Of a DNA stretch of 49,357 nt, positions 34,967 to 47,489 are shown one piece after another. Position 1 is the stretch's first letter, and the number at the start of each line of letters is the position of its first letter. A program made the position numbers and the translations under genes. The stretch is from Octopus bimaculoides (lineage: Eukaryota): positions 84,577,672 through 84,627,028 of the forward strand of contig NC_068985.1 of assembly GCF_001194135.2 (NCBI RefSeq), read 5' to 3'. A model generated the notes under the pieces. The model ran no database searches. It had not been told where the DNA came from and saw nothing but the letters and a program-made list of their open reading frames with translations.

Positions 34967-35357
34967 CAGCTTTTTAATCACTACAAATGTTTCGATACAT
35001 ACAGATCCTTGTATATACAGAATTTAAAGTTAAGTCTAAATTAAATTATGTAACAATTTACTTGTATAAGAAGATCTATACAGTTTCAATTCGCTCGGTA
35101 TGAATGTGTTATCACATTCGACATGAGTGGCAATTGATACCATCAGTGTTTGTTAGTTGCAAAGAAGAAGCCATGGATGTTGTAGCATGGAAATCTAGAT
35201 TTACTTACGGAGACAGCAACTGAGTATCGCCTGAGGAGATGCATATAGATCTTCGTATACAGGTAAATCTTTGCATAATTTAATTTAAACTTAACTTTAA
35301 ATCCTGTATATACAAGAATCTATATGTATCGAAACATTTGTAGTGATTAAAAAGCTG
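34967..35357. mobile_element. Fold-back element with ~115-bp inverted arms carrying a hammerhead
   Basis: CAGCTTTTTAATCACTACAAATGTTTCGATACAT... at 34967 is the reverse complement of ...ATGTATCGAAACATTTGTAGTGATTAAAAAGCTG ending at 35357. Unique spacer of about 160 bp. No obvious TSD. Confidence 0.85.
35226..35347 (+). ncRNA. Type I hammerhead ribozyme with extended stem II
   Basis: Stem I AUCGC (35226-30)/GUGAU (35343-47). Core CUGAGGA (35231-37). Stem II GAUGCAUAUAGAU (35238-50)/AUCUAUAUGUAUC (35318-30), plus a further 9 bp (35255-63/35303-11). GAAA (35331-34). Stem III AC-auuu-GU. NUH triplet GUA, with predicted cleavage after 35342. Confidence 0.75.
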
Positions 35358-35807
35358 AAGAAATTTGCTCTTGGTAATTCACAAGTGTACTTTCTATAAA
35401 GGTATTTCTATAAAGGTACTTTCCAAAGTGCAGATTCCAAGTTAGGTAAACAGAATATAAATAAGTAACAAAGCTGCAAGGGTGTCAATTCATTACAGTC
35501 GTTTCAAGTGGCTTCATTTAATTGATTATTGAAAACATTACATCAATTTGAAAGATTCTGCCATAGATGTAACAAAAGGAAACAATGTAAATATTTTGGG
35601 TTCCACTATTGATGTAAATTTGTTAAAAAATGGTTTATTTTATGTTTGAAATCTATGTGGTCATCTGACAACAACGGTTTCTTTCAAATTGATGTAGTGT
35701 TTTCATTAATCAATTAAATGGGGCCACTTAAAGTGGCCATAATGAAATGATGCCTGTACATCTTTGTTATTTATTTATATTTTTATATATATGTATATAT
35801 ATATGTA

Positions 35808-35861
<54 letters not shown>

Positions 35862-36410
35862 ACTGGCTTCATTTTGATTTCCATCTAACAAATCCACTGA
35901 CAAGAATTTAGTCCTGGTGTTTTAGTTCCACACAGTGAGAATGAGCATGGAACTGAGTGACTGGGACACAAACCTCTCACCACACAGTCATACATACATA
36001 AGTCACAAGTAGCCCCATAACATGGCCACACAGCTGCTGGGAGCCTAGCTCTTGCCCTGAAGCACTTAACTCCACATGCACACATAGTATCGATTGTCAA
36101 TACTTTCCTGCTTCCCACCTTATCCATTCTTGATTTCACTTCAGTTATTGGGGACAGCTTTCTCTTCTAAGATGGAAAATTGTATATAATTTCCAAATAA
36201 TTACATCCTGTATTTGGTTGGGTTGGGGATAACATCTGTGTGCCATTTCCAATTTGCAAAATAAATATTTTACTTGTATGAACAATATATATTTTCTTAT
36301 CATATTTCATACAATATAGGGTATGATAATAACACACACATACACACACACACATGCAAGTACAAACTCCCGTGTATGTGTGTGTGGGTTTGTGTATATT
36401 CTTTGATACA

Positions 36411-36790
36411 GGAACAGGTGTGGCTGTGTGGTTAGAAGCTTGCTTCCCAACTTCATGGTTCCAGGTTCAGTCCCACTGCATACCACCTTGGGTTAGTGTC
36501 TTCTCCTATAGCCTCAAGCCAACCATAGTCTTGTGAGTGGATTTGGGAGATGGAAACTAAAAGAAGCCCTTTTTGTGTGTGTGTGTGTGTGTTTCTCTCT
36601 ATGTTTGTCTCCACTACTGCTTGACAACTAATATTGGTGTGTTTACGTCCCCATAACTTATTGGGTCAGCAAAAGAGACTCACAGGATAAGTCCCAGGTT
36701 TAAAAATAATAAGTACTGTGTCAATTCATTCAATTAAAAATTCTTCAAGGCCCCAGTATGGTCACAGTCTAATGACTGAAACAAGTAAAA
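36411..36790 (+). mobile_element. Family A SINE, full length
   Basis: TGGCTGTGTGG A-box, GGTTCAGTCCC B-box, core, (TG)n, tail CAGTCTAATGACTGAAACAAGTAAAA. Confidence 0.85.
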
Positions 36791-36803
36791 TCTATAAGAT
36801 GTA

Positions 36804-37826
36804 CACTGAGCCGCAAAAGAAATGCAATTTTTTCAAATGTCATTTCTATATGGTAAATTCTGAAAATTTACCTTCAGGGATGTAAGTGTAAATATTCCAA
36901 ACATGCTGGTTTATGGCTGACACCCAAATGCAAGTAACCTTTCAACTTTCCATGAAACAAGATGCCAAAATGCAGTTGCGTTGAATGCCATGGGTGGCAG
37001 TCACAAACAATTGTCATGAAAACCAAAATGCACATGCATCTTGCAGAGGTTATGGGCATAAAAATCAATTTGAATGGCGTTCCTAGCATTTGTAATTTGG
37101 ATGCATTAGGTATGACCCGATTGTCAGCAGTGCAGAGAGAACAAGCTATTGGCCAAGAGCAAGCAAGGCAGCATGCCTGGCTTGTTGTGAAAGCTTACAA
37201 TGTCCATGTCAGCAGCATTTATTGCTTGCAACAGCATTACAACACCAACAGCACTGCAGACCACACCTGCAGAGGACGCCTCCCAGGTGACCACACTCAA
37301 GCAGGACTGCTTCATGTGCCTGCAACACCTCCATGATCTCTTCAGACCAGCCAGCATGACAGCTTGTGAGACCATTGGCACTGGACAGCGACCCATTAAC
37401 AACAATACGGTATGACATTGACTGGTCACCAACAATTTGCATTACCATCATCCTACTCGAGGATTTGTCCTCACCACCTGCCACCATCAGGCATGACTAC
37501 AGTGGGCTACACAGCACCAACTTCAACCGGCATCAACAATGGAGGTCGGTAGTCTTCTCTGATGAGAGCCAGTACTACGTTTTCACCTCAGATGGCAGAA
37601 TGAGGGTGTGGTATAGGAGGGATGGGCTCTACAGAGACACATGCGTCATAGAGATAGATGTGTGGGGTGGCCAAAGTATCATGTTTGAGGTGCTATAGGC
37701 CTTAATCAGAGAATTGGGCTCATGTGTTCCAAAATGTTGGTGCAGGCAGAGAGAATGGCATCACAGTGCAGCGCTACATTGACCTGATCCTAAGACCTCA
37801 CATTGTACCCTTCTTTGCAGATCACC
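36804..37826 (+). mobile_element. Tc1-family DNA transposon, 3'-truncated
   Basis: Left end TA|CACTGAGCCGCAAAAGAAATGCAA, followed by transposase remnants. It stops at a (TA)n(GA)n array and no right TIR is seen. Confidence 0.85.
37112..37826 (+). pseudogene. Tc1 (DD34E) transposase pseudogene, frameshifted
   Basis: MTRLSAVQREQAIG (HTH N-terminus), then RGR..VTTLKQD...HL..F, then QWRSVVFSDESQY...DGRMRVWYRRDG...WGGQSIM (first catalytic D), then QRYIDLILRPHIVPF. The second D and the E are not present. Confidence 0.88.
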
Positions 37827-37868
<42 letters not shown>

Positions 37869-39428
37869 TATGAGAGGTTTAGCTCACTTGTGATCTAAAT
37901 AAATAGGTACACTGGATAAGTGCTAGAGTTGGTCAACCATTAGGTTCCTAGATCACAGCTAAAGCTGGATCTCCTATTCTTCTATTTTATTCCTTATTGG
38001 CACTCAACAATGCATGTGTGTGTATGTATGTATGTATGTGTATGCATGTATGTATGTATGTGTCAATGACTGCTTTAAATTTGGCTGATTGTTAAACAAT
38101 AAGGTATTCGATTTGATCAAATAGAAAGAAGACAATGATTAAATTAACTATCATATATAGCTGTGACAATAAGCTGCATGGTTCCGAAAAAAGACAATGA
38201 ACTTAAGACCTAGTGAGTGACCCAAACTTCTCTGCACAAACCAAAGAAACGTGTTTACTTTGAAAACACTCAATGCATCATTTTCACCTTTGTTATTTGT
38301 TGGAGTATTATTTCTTTTTTGTGTGTGTATTTAGCATAGGTTTTTTTTATTGTTGTTCTTTCACTATTACTGTCTTTCATTAGATTCTCCTAGTAAGAAT
38401 CCATAAACCTGATCTCCAAAGAAAAGCCAATGCTGACAACTTACTTTTTTTTTTCCTATTTTATCTTCACTCAAAAGAATATTATTCACTTCCCTTCCAA
38501 AACATTGCAAATAAACCTTTAAACAAACAAAACACGACAAAAGCAATAAAAAACATTAGTTTACCTGGAATTCCCTTGCAGAGTCCTCGACATGTGTTCA
38601 ATGTCTTGTTATTGTTTTTGTTGTTCTGTTGGTGTTCCTTTATCATTTTATATATATGTTGTTCCGTTGTTCTTGTTGTACTTTACATCCTTTTCCTTTT
38701 AGCTCTTCATCTTCTTTGTCATCTTCATTTTCTTTGTTTCTTCTCATTCTCCTCTTTCCCCTTCTATTCTTCTTTTTCTTCTCTTACTTCTCTTATTGCT
38801 TGCTGTTCTTTTATATTTTCTTTTATATTTTATCTTGCTAATCTTCTTCCTCTGATTGTTGTCTGTTCAACTTTTTGTTTATTTACTTTGTTTCCGATTC
38901 TCATTCAGATTTTATTTATCTTTTATTTATTCATTTATATATTTTTGCGATTATGTAGTTTTCTGTTTTTATCTTTTTCTTCTTTTTCTGTCTATCTACT
39001 TTCCCTTTCCTTTATCCCTTGTTTCTTTGTTGATAGCAAATCTTCAACAATAATGTTATTCGCATTCTCCTTTTTAATTCTAAGCTATTTACATCATAAC
39101 TCAGGTTCATTTTCTGTTGAACTCATTTCGTTTTACTCTTAGATTTATTTTTCCATTTAGTCCTCCACTTTTCTTATTCTTTTTCTTTTCATCTCCTCCT
39201 CATCCCTTCTTTCCTCCTCCATTTNNNNNNNNNNNNNNNNNNNNNNNNNNNNNNNNNNNNNNNNNNNNNNNNNNNNNNNNNNNNNNNNNNNNNNNNNNNN
39301 NNNNNNNNNNNNNNNNNNNNNNNNNNNNNNNNNNNNNNNNNNNNNNNNNNNNNNNNNNNNNNNNNNNNNNNNNNNNNNNNNNNNNNNNNNNNNNNNNNNN
39401 NNNNNNNNNNNNNNNNNNNNNNNNNNNN

Positions 39429-39480
<52 letters not shown>

Positions 39481-40429
39481 ACATACTTACACATAATAAA
39501 ATCAAACAAAAGAAGCTGAAGACCAAAAAATATATATATATATATTGGCCATTATTATCTCTTTACTTCCCAACAACAGACAATTTCCAAAAGCTTCTTG
39601 TCACATTTCTTCCCAACTTTAACTGTAACAACAATTTCATCTATTATATCATTGAATAGCAATTATTTCAATATTTTCTATTATTATCATTATCACTATT
39701 TATCATTATTAATATCATCATTATCATTTTCTTTGTAGTAGTTGTTGTTGTTGTTGTTGTTGTTGTTGCTTGTCGTTACCTGTTTCCTAATCCTACTCCC
39801 ACCTTTATTCCTTGTTTAAATTTTAAAGGTATAAATTCATTTCCTTTTTAAGACATATAGTTTTTTCCCCCTTCTTCTCTCTTTATATTCTCAACACTTT
39901 AGTAGACTTTAGTTCTTGCATTGTAATGTAATCTGTATGTCCACTTTAGTCATTTCTTTCTTTCTTTCTTTCTTCCTTCCAATTTTTCATTGTCTGCTGC
40001 TGCTGTTATTGTGAAAGTGTATTCTTATTTCATTTTCAAATTTAGTTTCAAAAATTTTGTCTTGACTTCAATTATTTATTTATTTATATATTCATATAGC
40101 TAATTATTAATATATTTGTTTAGTTCCATTTTGTTCCTTTTAGTTGTTGTTGTTGTTGTTGCAGCTTTCATTTTTTGTGTGGTTTTTTTTTTTTGAAAGT
40201 CTTAAACAGATTTTGCTCCACCTTGCTCTCAAGTCCCAGCTTCGTTTTTGTTTCCCTTTCTCCTTCTAAATCATCCTTCAATTAAACTTATGCTATGCAA
40301 CATAACAACAGCAACACAGATTACTGCTACCACTACTACTACTACTACTACCACCGCCACCACCTTCATCACCACCACCACCACCACCACCATCACCACT
40401 ACTATTACTACCACCATTACTTTCTAACT

Positions 40430-40640
40430 TACTTAATCTCCCTATGGAGTATAGGCCATTGCTAGTTTCCCTTCACTGTTCTCAAGTCTGGGCTATCTTT
40501 TCTCCCCAGATGTTAAAGAGTGTTGGCATTGCAGTTTCATTTCAGATTTTGTTGCACAGCATTCCTGAGGAAAGGCCTACCTCCCCTCAGGTTCTGTTAG
40601 TTCCAAATTGTTACCACAAAACTAGCATGACACTGCTATA
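40430..40640 (-). pseudogene. Old RTE-like LINE C-terminal remnant
   Basis: The minus strand gives RGGRP, then IWGEKIAQT*EQ*RETSNGLYSIG, resembling RGRP...AQDR..WR..V.GL.S, followed by a (TAAG)-like tail. Confidence 0.45.
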
Positions 40641-40849
40641 GAAAGCTGTGTTGCCTTAAACATTAAGGATCATAAGAAAAGTCCTTCAGACCTGAGGCTG
40701 TTGGAGGTAGCTTGCTCTCAAGGAGAAATTATTCCTGATCAAGTCTTCCACTGAGATAACTCAATGAGCCTAGTGCTGATGATGATGATGACGATGATGA
40801 TGATTGATTGTGGCATAGATTCAAAATCTGAAACTTAGGCATAGGGGAT

Positions 40850-40960
40850 TAATCAATTACATCTGCATCAGTATTTAGACAGGTGTTTTATTCTGTCCAA
40901 CAAAAAAAGGGAAAAAATGAAAGGCAAAGTTGACCACAGCAAGATTTGATCTCAAAGATT
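40850..40960 (-). mobile_element. Degraded family B SINE fragment
   Basis: ATGAAAGGCAAAGTTGACCACAGCAAGATTTGATCTC is the reverse of the family B segment downstream of the B-box. Confidence 0.45.
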
Positions 40961-42015
40961 TGATCTCAAAAGACTTTCGTAGATGTTTCTGCTGCACCTT
41001 GCCCCTAGCAAAGTTCAGCAGTGGTAACAGTGACTGTGGTTTTTGCTTTGTCTTTTGCTTTTCATTTACTATCATAGGCTGGACAGTTGCATTCTGTGTT
41101 TGCTGTTGGAAGGTTTATCAAGAATGGTGAAGAGAAAGGGGTTTTTTTGACCACACTCTATACTATTAGTATGAGCCAAAGTGTGATGAATAGCAGAATC
41201 ATTAGGGCATCAGACAAAATGTCTTGTAGTATTTGTTCCTACTCTTTATATTTTTTCAAATCTTCCCAAAGTTAGAGATTGATTAACTAAAGAGACTGAT
41301 TATTGAAATTGATTAACTAAAGCACTAACCAAGTACTGGGGCTGATAAAATCATCGATAATGACCTCCCCTTAAATTTCAAGCCTGAGTTTAAATTTTGC
41401 CATGGCCCATGGGTGTAGAATTAAGTCATTGACCAATTTAACACCACTACTTGGTCTTTGGGTAACTTTTGTGAAGTTCAGTTTATTTCAAGCATCTGGC
41501 CCAGGTCTTTGCTTTGAAGATCCCTTCCACCCTTGTTTCTCCCTCTCTAATCTCAAAGGCTCACAAAAGGTTGTGGGTTCTGCCCTTCATTCATAACTAA
41601 ATGATAAATAAAAAGATCTGTCATCTCTATCAGCAAATGAATGCACACCAAACAAGATTAGACTAAAACAGTTCCCAGCAGCCAAACCCAGCTCACACTA
41701 GTCCTACTCAAGGTTTTGCACAGCCCAAGCTATTTTATCCTCAATCAGGTTGATCAAATTCTGCCATAATTGCCATACTAAACTAGATTCAATGGCTGTG
41801 ATATTTTACAAGAGATAACTACTGAATGTAACTGGTCTATCTCTAACATATGTGACACAAGTGTTACTCTATAAGCTCTACAAAAATCCAATCTAAAACT
41901 GACAATCAGAATAGCATACAATATTTGGGAAGCTATCCAGTGTACAGCAGCAGCCAAAGTTATAGAGCAAGGCAGTGTCCCAAGTACGGCTATAGTCTAA
42001 TGACTGAAACAAGTA

Positions 42016-42210
42016 AAATATAAAATTACAGAGATGTACTTGCATAGCAAGTGACCTGATCTGAGATCGTATGCTGAAACAAAAACAATTGCAGTGTGGA
42101 AGGTGTTTATAAGTCATTTAAAAACACACAAAACTGTTAGATTCACTTCAACATTTAAGTTTAATTTGTCAAAATATTTTTGAAACCATAACCTGTTCAC
42201 TGACAAAATT
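42016..42210. repeat. Unclassified interspersed repeat
   Basis: GCAAGTGACCTGATCTGAGATCGTATGCTGAAACAAAAACAATTGCAGTGTGGAA has a degraded reverse-complement copy at about 3688-3742. Confidence 0.4.
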
Positions 42211-42867
42211 TAAATGTTGAAGAGAATCTATAAAATTACAAACAACCAACAAATTAACTGAAAACATTGTTTATAGAAAAGCATAAAAATATGTTCGTTG
42301 CTTACTGGACTTGCTATTATGGCAGTAAGAGAAAGAGGGAGGGAAAATCTTTCTACTTTGAGGTAGAGAATCACATTTTTTTTTCTAGTTTTTAAGTAGG
42401 AAAGTCCTTGTTTTCTCTCAGTGGAAGGAAAAAGAGAAGAATATCCATGTTTTATCATAAGATCATTTATTATTACCAGAATAACAATTATATAAATTTT
42501 CCTAAAATTTTTCCTAAAATTTTCCCTCAAATTTTCCTCCCAAATATTAATAGTTATATGTTTTTTTTATTACTATTTTGGAATACTTTATGCCATCTTT
42601 TATGAAAAACAAAAAGCAAGTGGATACATGCTGAATAATGCCACACTGTTCATACAAAAACTATGTGGTGCATATTTCCCAACAGTTCAAAGAATTTAAG
42701 ATATCTATGAATTGTATAAGCATACATATTTTATAATACGATTTACTTAGTGCTAGTTTTATATGCACGCACACACACACACATAAAATATAAATATTGT
42801 ATATAATGTAATGACTCATTATTGGTGGGATTGACAAAAAAAGTATTTCATTGAGTGAGAGATAAAT

Positions 42868-43121
42868 ATCATTTAGTATACATACAATTTAATTTCAAAT
42901 TATTATTAAACACAATGAACAGACAAGCTTGTATAGCCTGCTGTGTGTTTCTAAGAAATCTTTCAGACTCCAATATACAAGACCAGCTGTGTTGTTTATT
43001 TGAGTCAGGAAAAGGTTGCCTGGAAATATATAGCACATTATGCAAGCTTGTCTAACCCTCATGTTTCCATGGCATGGAACTAATAGTAATTCAAATTTTA
43101 ATCCCATGTATACTAAATGAT
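42868..43121. repeat. Degraded fold-back element with ~110-bp arms
   Basis: ATCATTTAGTATACAT (42868) pairs with ATGTATACTAAATGAT (ending 43121), and AGACAAGCTTG pairs with CAAGCTTGTCT. This symmetry produces the mirror ORFs at 42855(+) and 42895(-). Confidence 0.75.
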
Positions 43122-44659
43122 GCACCCTTTTATTCTTTTATTATTCCTTTATAAATTTCAGCTGTTAGGCCGTGGCCTTGCTGGAGCACCACCAGTGAAA
43201 TCATCTTTTCAATGGCCAATCTTATGTGATTGGCTTTTGGTGAAAGGCAGAGTTCGACGTTGTTGCCCACTTTTGAGTTTCTTGCCTTCGTGAAGGTTCA
43301 TTTGGGACCTTGGATAGCAAGAGGTCATGTTGTTTCATGAAAACATCTACCCATATATATATATATATANNNNNNNNNNNNNNNNNNNNNNNNNNNNNNN
43401 NNNNNNNNNNNNNNNNNNNNNNNNNNNNNNNNNNNNNNNNNNNNNNNNNNNNNNNNNNNNNNNNNNNNNNNNNNNNNNNNNNNNNNNNNNNNNNNNNNNN
43501 NNNNNNNNNNNNNNNNNNNNNNNNNNNNNNNNNNNNNNNNNNNNNNNNNNNNNNNNNNNNNNNNNNNNNNNNNNNNNNNNNNNNNNNNNNNNNNNNNNNN
43601 NNNNNNNNNNNNNNNNNNNNNNNNNNNNNNNNNNNNNNNNNNNNNNNNNNNNNNNNNNNNNNNNNNNNNNNNNNNNNNNNNNNNNNNNNNNNNNNNNNNN
43701 NNNNNNNNNNNNNNNNNNNNNNNNNNNNNNNNNNNNNNNNNNNNNNNNNNNNNNNNNNNNNNNNNNNNNNNNNNNNNNNNNNNNNNNNNNNNNNNNNNNN
43801 NNNNNNNNNNNNNNNNNNNNNNNNNNNNNNNNNNNNNNNNNNNNNNNNNNNNNNNNNNNNNNNNNNNNNNNNNNNNNNNNNNNNNNNNNNNNNNNNNNNN
43901 NNNNNNNNNNNNNNNNNNNNNNNNNNNNNNNNNNNNNNNNNNNNNNNNNNNNNNNNNNNNNNNNNNNNNNNNNNNNNNNNNNNNNNNNNNNNNNNNNNGG
44001 GGGGGGGTGAGAAAATGGATTATGGCAGTGTGGTAAAAGTTAGGGAATTATAAAAAATTGTGTGTTTGGTGGGAGGTGGGGTTCTGAATGAAGGGATAGG
44101 AGAGGAGAGGAGAGAAAAAAATAAGGTGTTACATTTGTAGAAAAGTCTTCCTGTCATTTGCTTTCCTTTCATGTCACTTGAAATGTTTTCTTGTGGAGAT
44201 GAAAGTGGCCACATTGAAAGATGAAGGATATAATAGGAAGGACAGACGGCGTTGAGGTGGTAGACTGATGTAAGATGAGACCAGGGTGGATGGCAGCTGG
44301 ATGGGGCGAGATGACTGAAGAAATTGAAGGAAAGAATAAATGATATCACATGGATTGAGCAATTCTTTTTTCTTTTGTATCTACACATAGAAATGTGTTT
44401 TTGTGTATACACACAAACATATATGCATATACATACAAACATACATACATACATACATACATTATANNNNNNNNNNNNNNNNNNNNNNNNNNNNNNNNNN
44501 NNNNNNNNNNNNNNNNNNNNNNNNNNNNNNNNNNNNNNNNNNNNNNNNNNNNNNNNNNNNNNNNNNNNNNNNNNNNNNNNNNNNNNNNNNNNNNNNNNTA
44601 TATATATGTATATATTATAAGGTATATGAATATATGTGCATATATACATATGTATATGT

Positions 44660-44698
<39 letters not shown>

Positions 44699-44704
44699 TA
44701 TGTA

Positions 44705-44751
<47 letters not shown>

Positions 44752-45547
44752 AAATCTATATAGAATTACTAATATCTATATATACATATATATATATATA
44801 TACACATGCATATATATATATACACACATATATATATATAAACACACATGTATATGTATATCTACACACATACATACGTATACACACACACACACACACA
44901 CACACATATAGAGAGAGAGAGAGGAAGGGAGAGAGGCATACATGCGTATGTAAGGAAGAAGTAATCAAAGAAGAGGTGCAGAGAAAAAATAAGAAAAAGA
45001 CATAAACAAAAATAGACTGGATGGGAAAGAAAAGAAGGAGAAAATAAATGTATATAAAGACAAATATCGAAAGAAGTAAATAAAAAAGCAACATTAGATA
45101 TACAATAAATACAAAATGATGAGCATGATAATGATGATGGTGGTGGCCATGGCGGCAATGACGTTGACGATGATGATTATGACAATGATGATTATGATGA
45201 TCGTGATGATGATAAATGACATCAAAGGACAGCAACAAAAATATGAAAACAAAATATGGGGGTTTTGTTCTTTCCTGGCAAATATTTTGGTAGAGTACAT
45301 CTTCCTTCATTTTCTTTTTGACACCTTTCTACTTTCTTCCTTCTATTTCTCCCTTTCTCATGATTCATTTTCTTTCTTCCTCTCCTTATTTTTCATCTTC
45401 TTTTCTTTTATTTACTTCCATCTGTTTTCTCTCCACCCCATCCCCCCTTATCTCTTTCATTTTCATTCCTATCATTCCTCTTTCATTTCCATCTGCCTTT
45501 CTTCTAAACCCAAAACTTTTTTCTTCTTGTACCTTCCTAATATTTCT

Positions 45548-45594
<47 letters not shown>

Positions 45595-46249
45595 GTTTCT
45601 CTGAATCTTCCTTCCTTTCTTCTCTATTTCCGTTCTTTTCTTCAGATTAGATCCTCAGACAGTTCCACTTTCCATTCTTCACGTCCATCCTCTGCCATTT
45701 TCCTATCCAACAGTATTTTCCTAAAAATGTGTCTGTCAGATGCTCCCTATTCACCCACACACACATACTCAAACTCCTTCATAAACACACACATACATAT
45801 TTACGTACACATGCATATTCATATGAGTACATACACATATATTCAAAGATTCAAGCATGCACATACATAAACATGCACATACACATATGTATATATACAC
45901 ATATACACAAATATTCATATATGCTTATATACACATAAATGCATACACATATAGACATACACTTAGACTCACCCATACAGGACCCTCATACCTGTGCATA
46001 TACACACACATACACATAAACAGACACACATACAGACATAGAAATATATAAATATATATATATATATATATATGCATGTATTCACACATGCACACAACTA
46101 AACTCATCAATATAAAACACTCTTACACAAACACATACCTGCACATATACACACACAAATAGACACACACACACATGCATTCACACACACACATGCATAC
46201 ACACACAAACACACACACACACATACATACATGCATTCACGCACACATG

Positions 46250-46280
<31 letters not shown>

Positions 46281-47115
46281 TTAAACTCAACTATGCAGAC
46301 ACTTGTACATATACACACATACACACACAAACATGTATACATGCATGCATACACACACACACACACACACACCTACACAGACTCTCATACATAACCACAT
46401 ACCAGCACATATACACACGCACATACACACACACAGAGACACAAGTACAAGAAGCTCCATTATGTTCCTGTGCCAAAATCTTTCCATCACCAAAGAATCT
46501 CACTGATGCCTTCAAGATGTTAAATGATGCCAACAAAAGAGCATCAATTGACACTCCAAACAAAAATACAAAAAAAAAACAAAAACAAGCCATATATTAT
46601 TATACTATGACAAGGTTGTTGTTGTTGTTGCTGTTGTTGTTGATGTTTTTCATTGTTCTCTTCATATTTTTGTTTTTAATATTTTCGTGTCATCATTGCT
46701 TTCCTCCTCTTCATTGTGCTTGTTGTCATCGAACAATTTCTATGTTGTTGTCAGTATTAACTTCATTATAATTGTTATCGTCATTGTTATTACAATTCGC
46801 TATAGTCCTTGTCTTCATTACTGTATTATTGTCATCGACAACAACGTAATCATAACTGTATACATCCCACCCACTGAACTCCCACCACCACTACCGTCTT
46901 TCCGCACATACAAATCTCAGTTCATGCTTAAGTTTTAGCAAAAAAAAAAAAAATTGTTTTTGTCATTATTAATCTTTTATTTATTTATTTATTACTTTTT
47001 TTTTTTGTTGATTATTACCATTGCTCATCAATTTCTTCAAGTACCACTTGGTGAAAAATATAAGGGTGGAGATGAGGGGTATTGCCTCCAGTGTAATTGT
47101 TGCTGAAGGATGGGC

Positions 47116-47310
47116 GTAAGTAGGTGTGAGCCGCAAATATGGCCCATGTGAATGCCCACTCTTTACACATACCTGTGGGCTGGAGAACATAGCCAACTGA
47201 CAGCATTTGCCCTTGGCATTTATAATGATCCAGAATTTGTGCAGTTTCCCACTTGGCTCTAGATTGTTGCCTTACTAACAGAACACATTTTTTTTTTCTC
47301 TCGTTTTCAG
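47116..47310 (+). other. Candidate 195-nt spliceosomal intron
   Basis: Donor GC|GTAAGT at 47116, branch point TACTAAC at 47273-47279, polypyrimidine tract and TTTTCAG| ending at 47310. The flanking frames join without a stop, but the product is not recognisable. Confidence 0.3.
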
Positions 47311-47489
47311 TACCGTTGTTTTCCGTGCCTGTTTTCTGATGCTTGATTCAGAAACTCTCCCACCCACAATCTTTCTAATTAGTCCTTTAATGTCCTTCTC
47401 AACTATTGCTCTTTTAACAATAGTAAAAAATGATTATTATTATTATCATTATTATTATTATTATTATTATTGTTATTATTATTATTATT

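Noticed and set aside
38576-39142. 188-aa Phe/Leu/Ser-rich ORF (similar ones at 29546-30079, 45116-45650 and 46175-46771)
   Set aside because: Decayed pyrimidine-rich or (CA)n simple sequence. The amino-acid bias mirrors the nucleotide bias.
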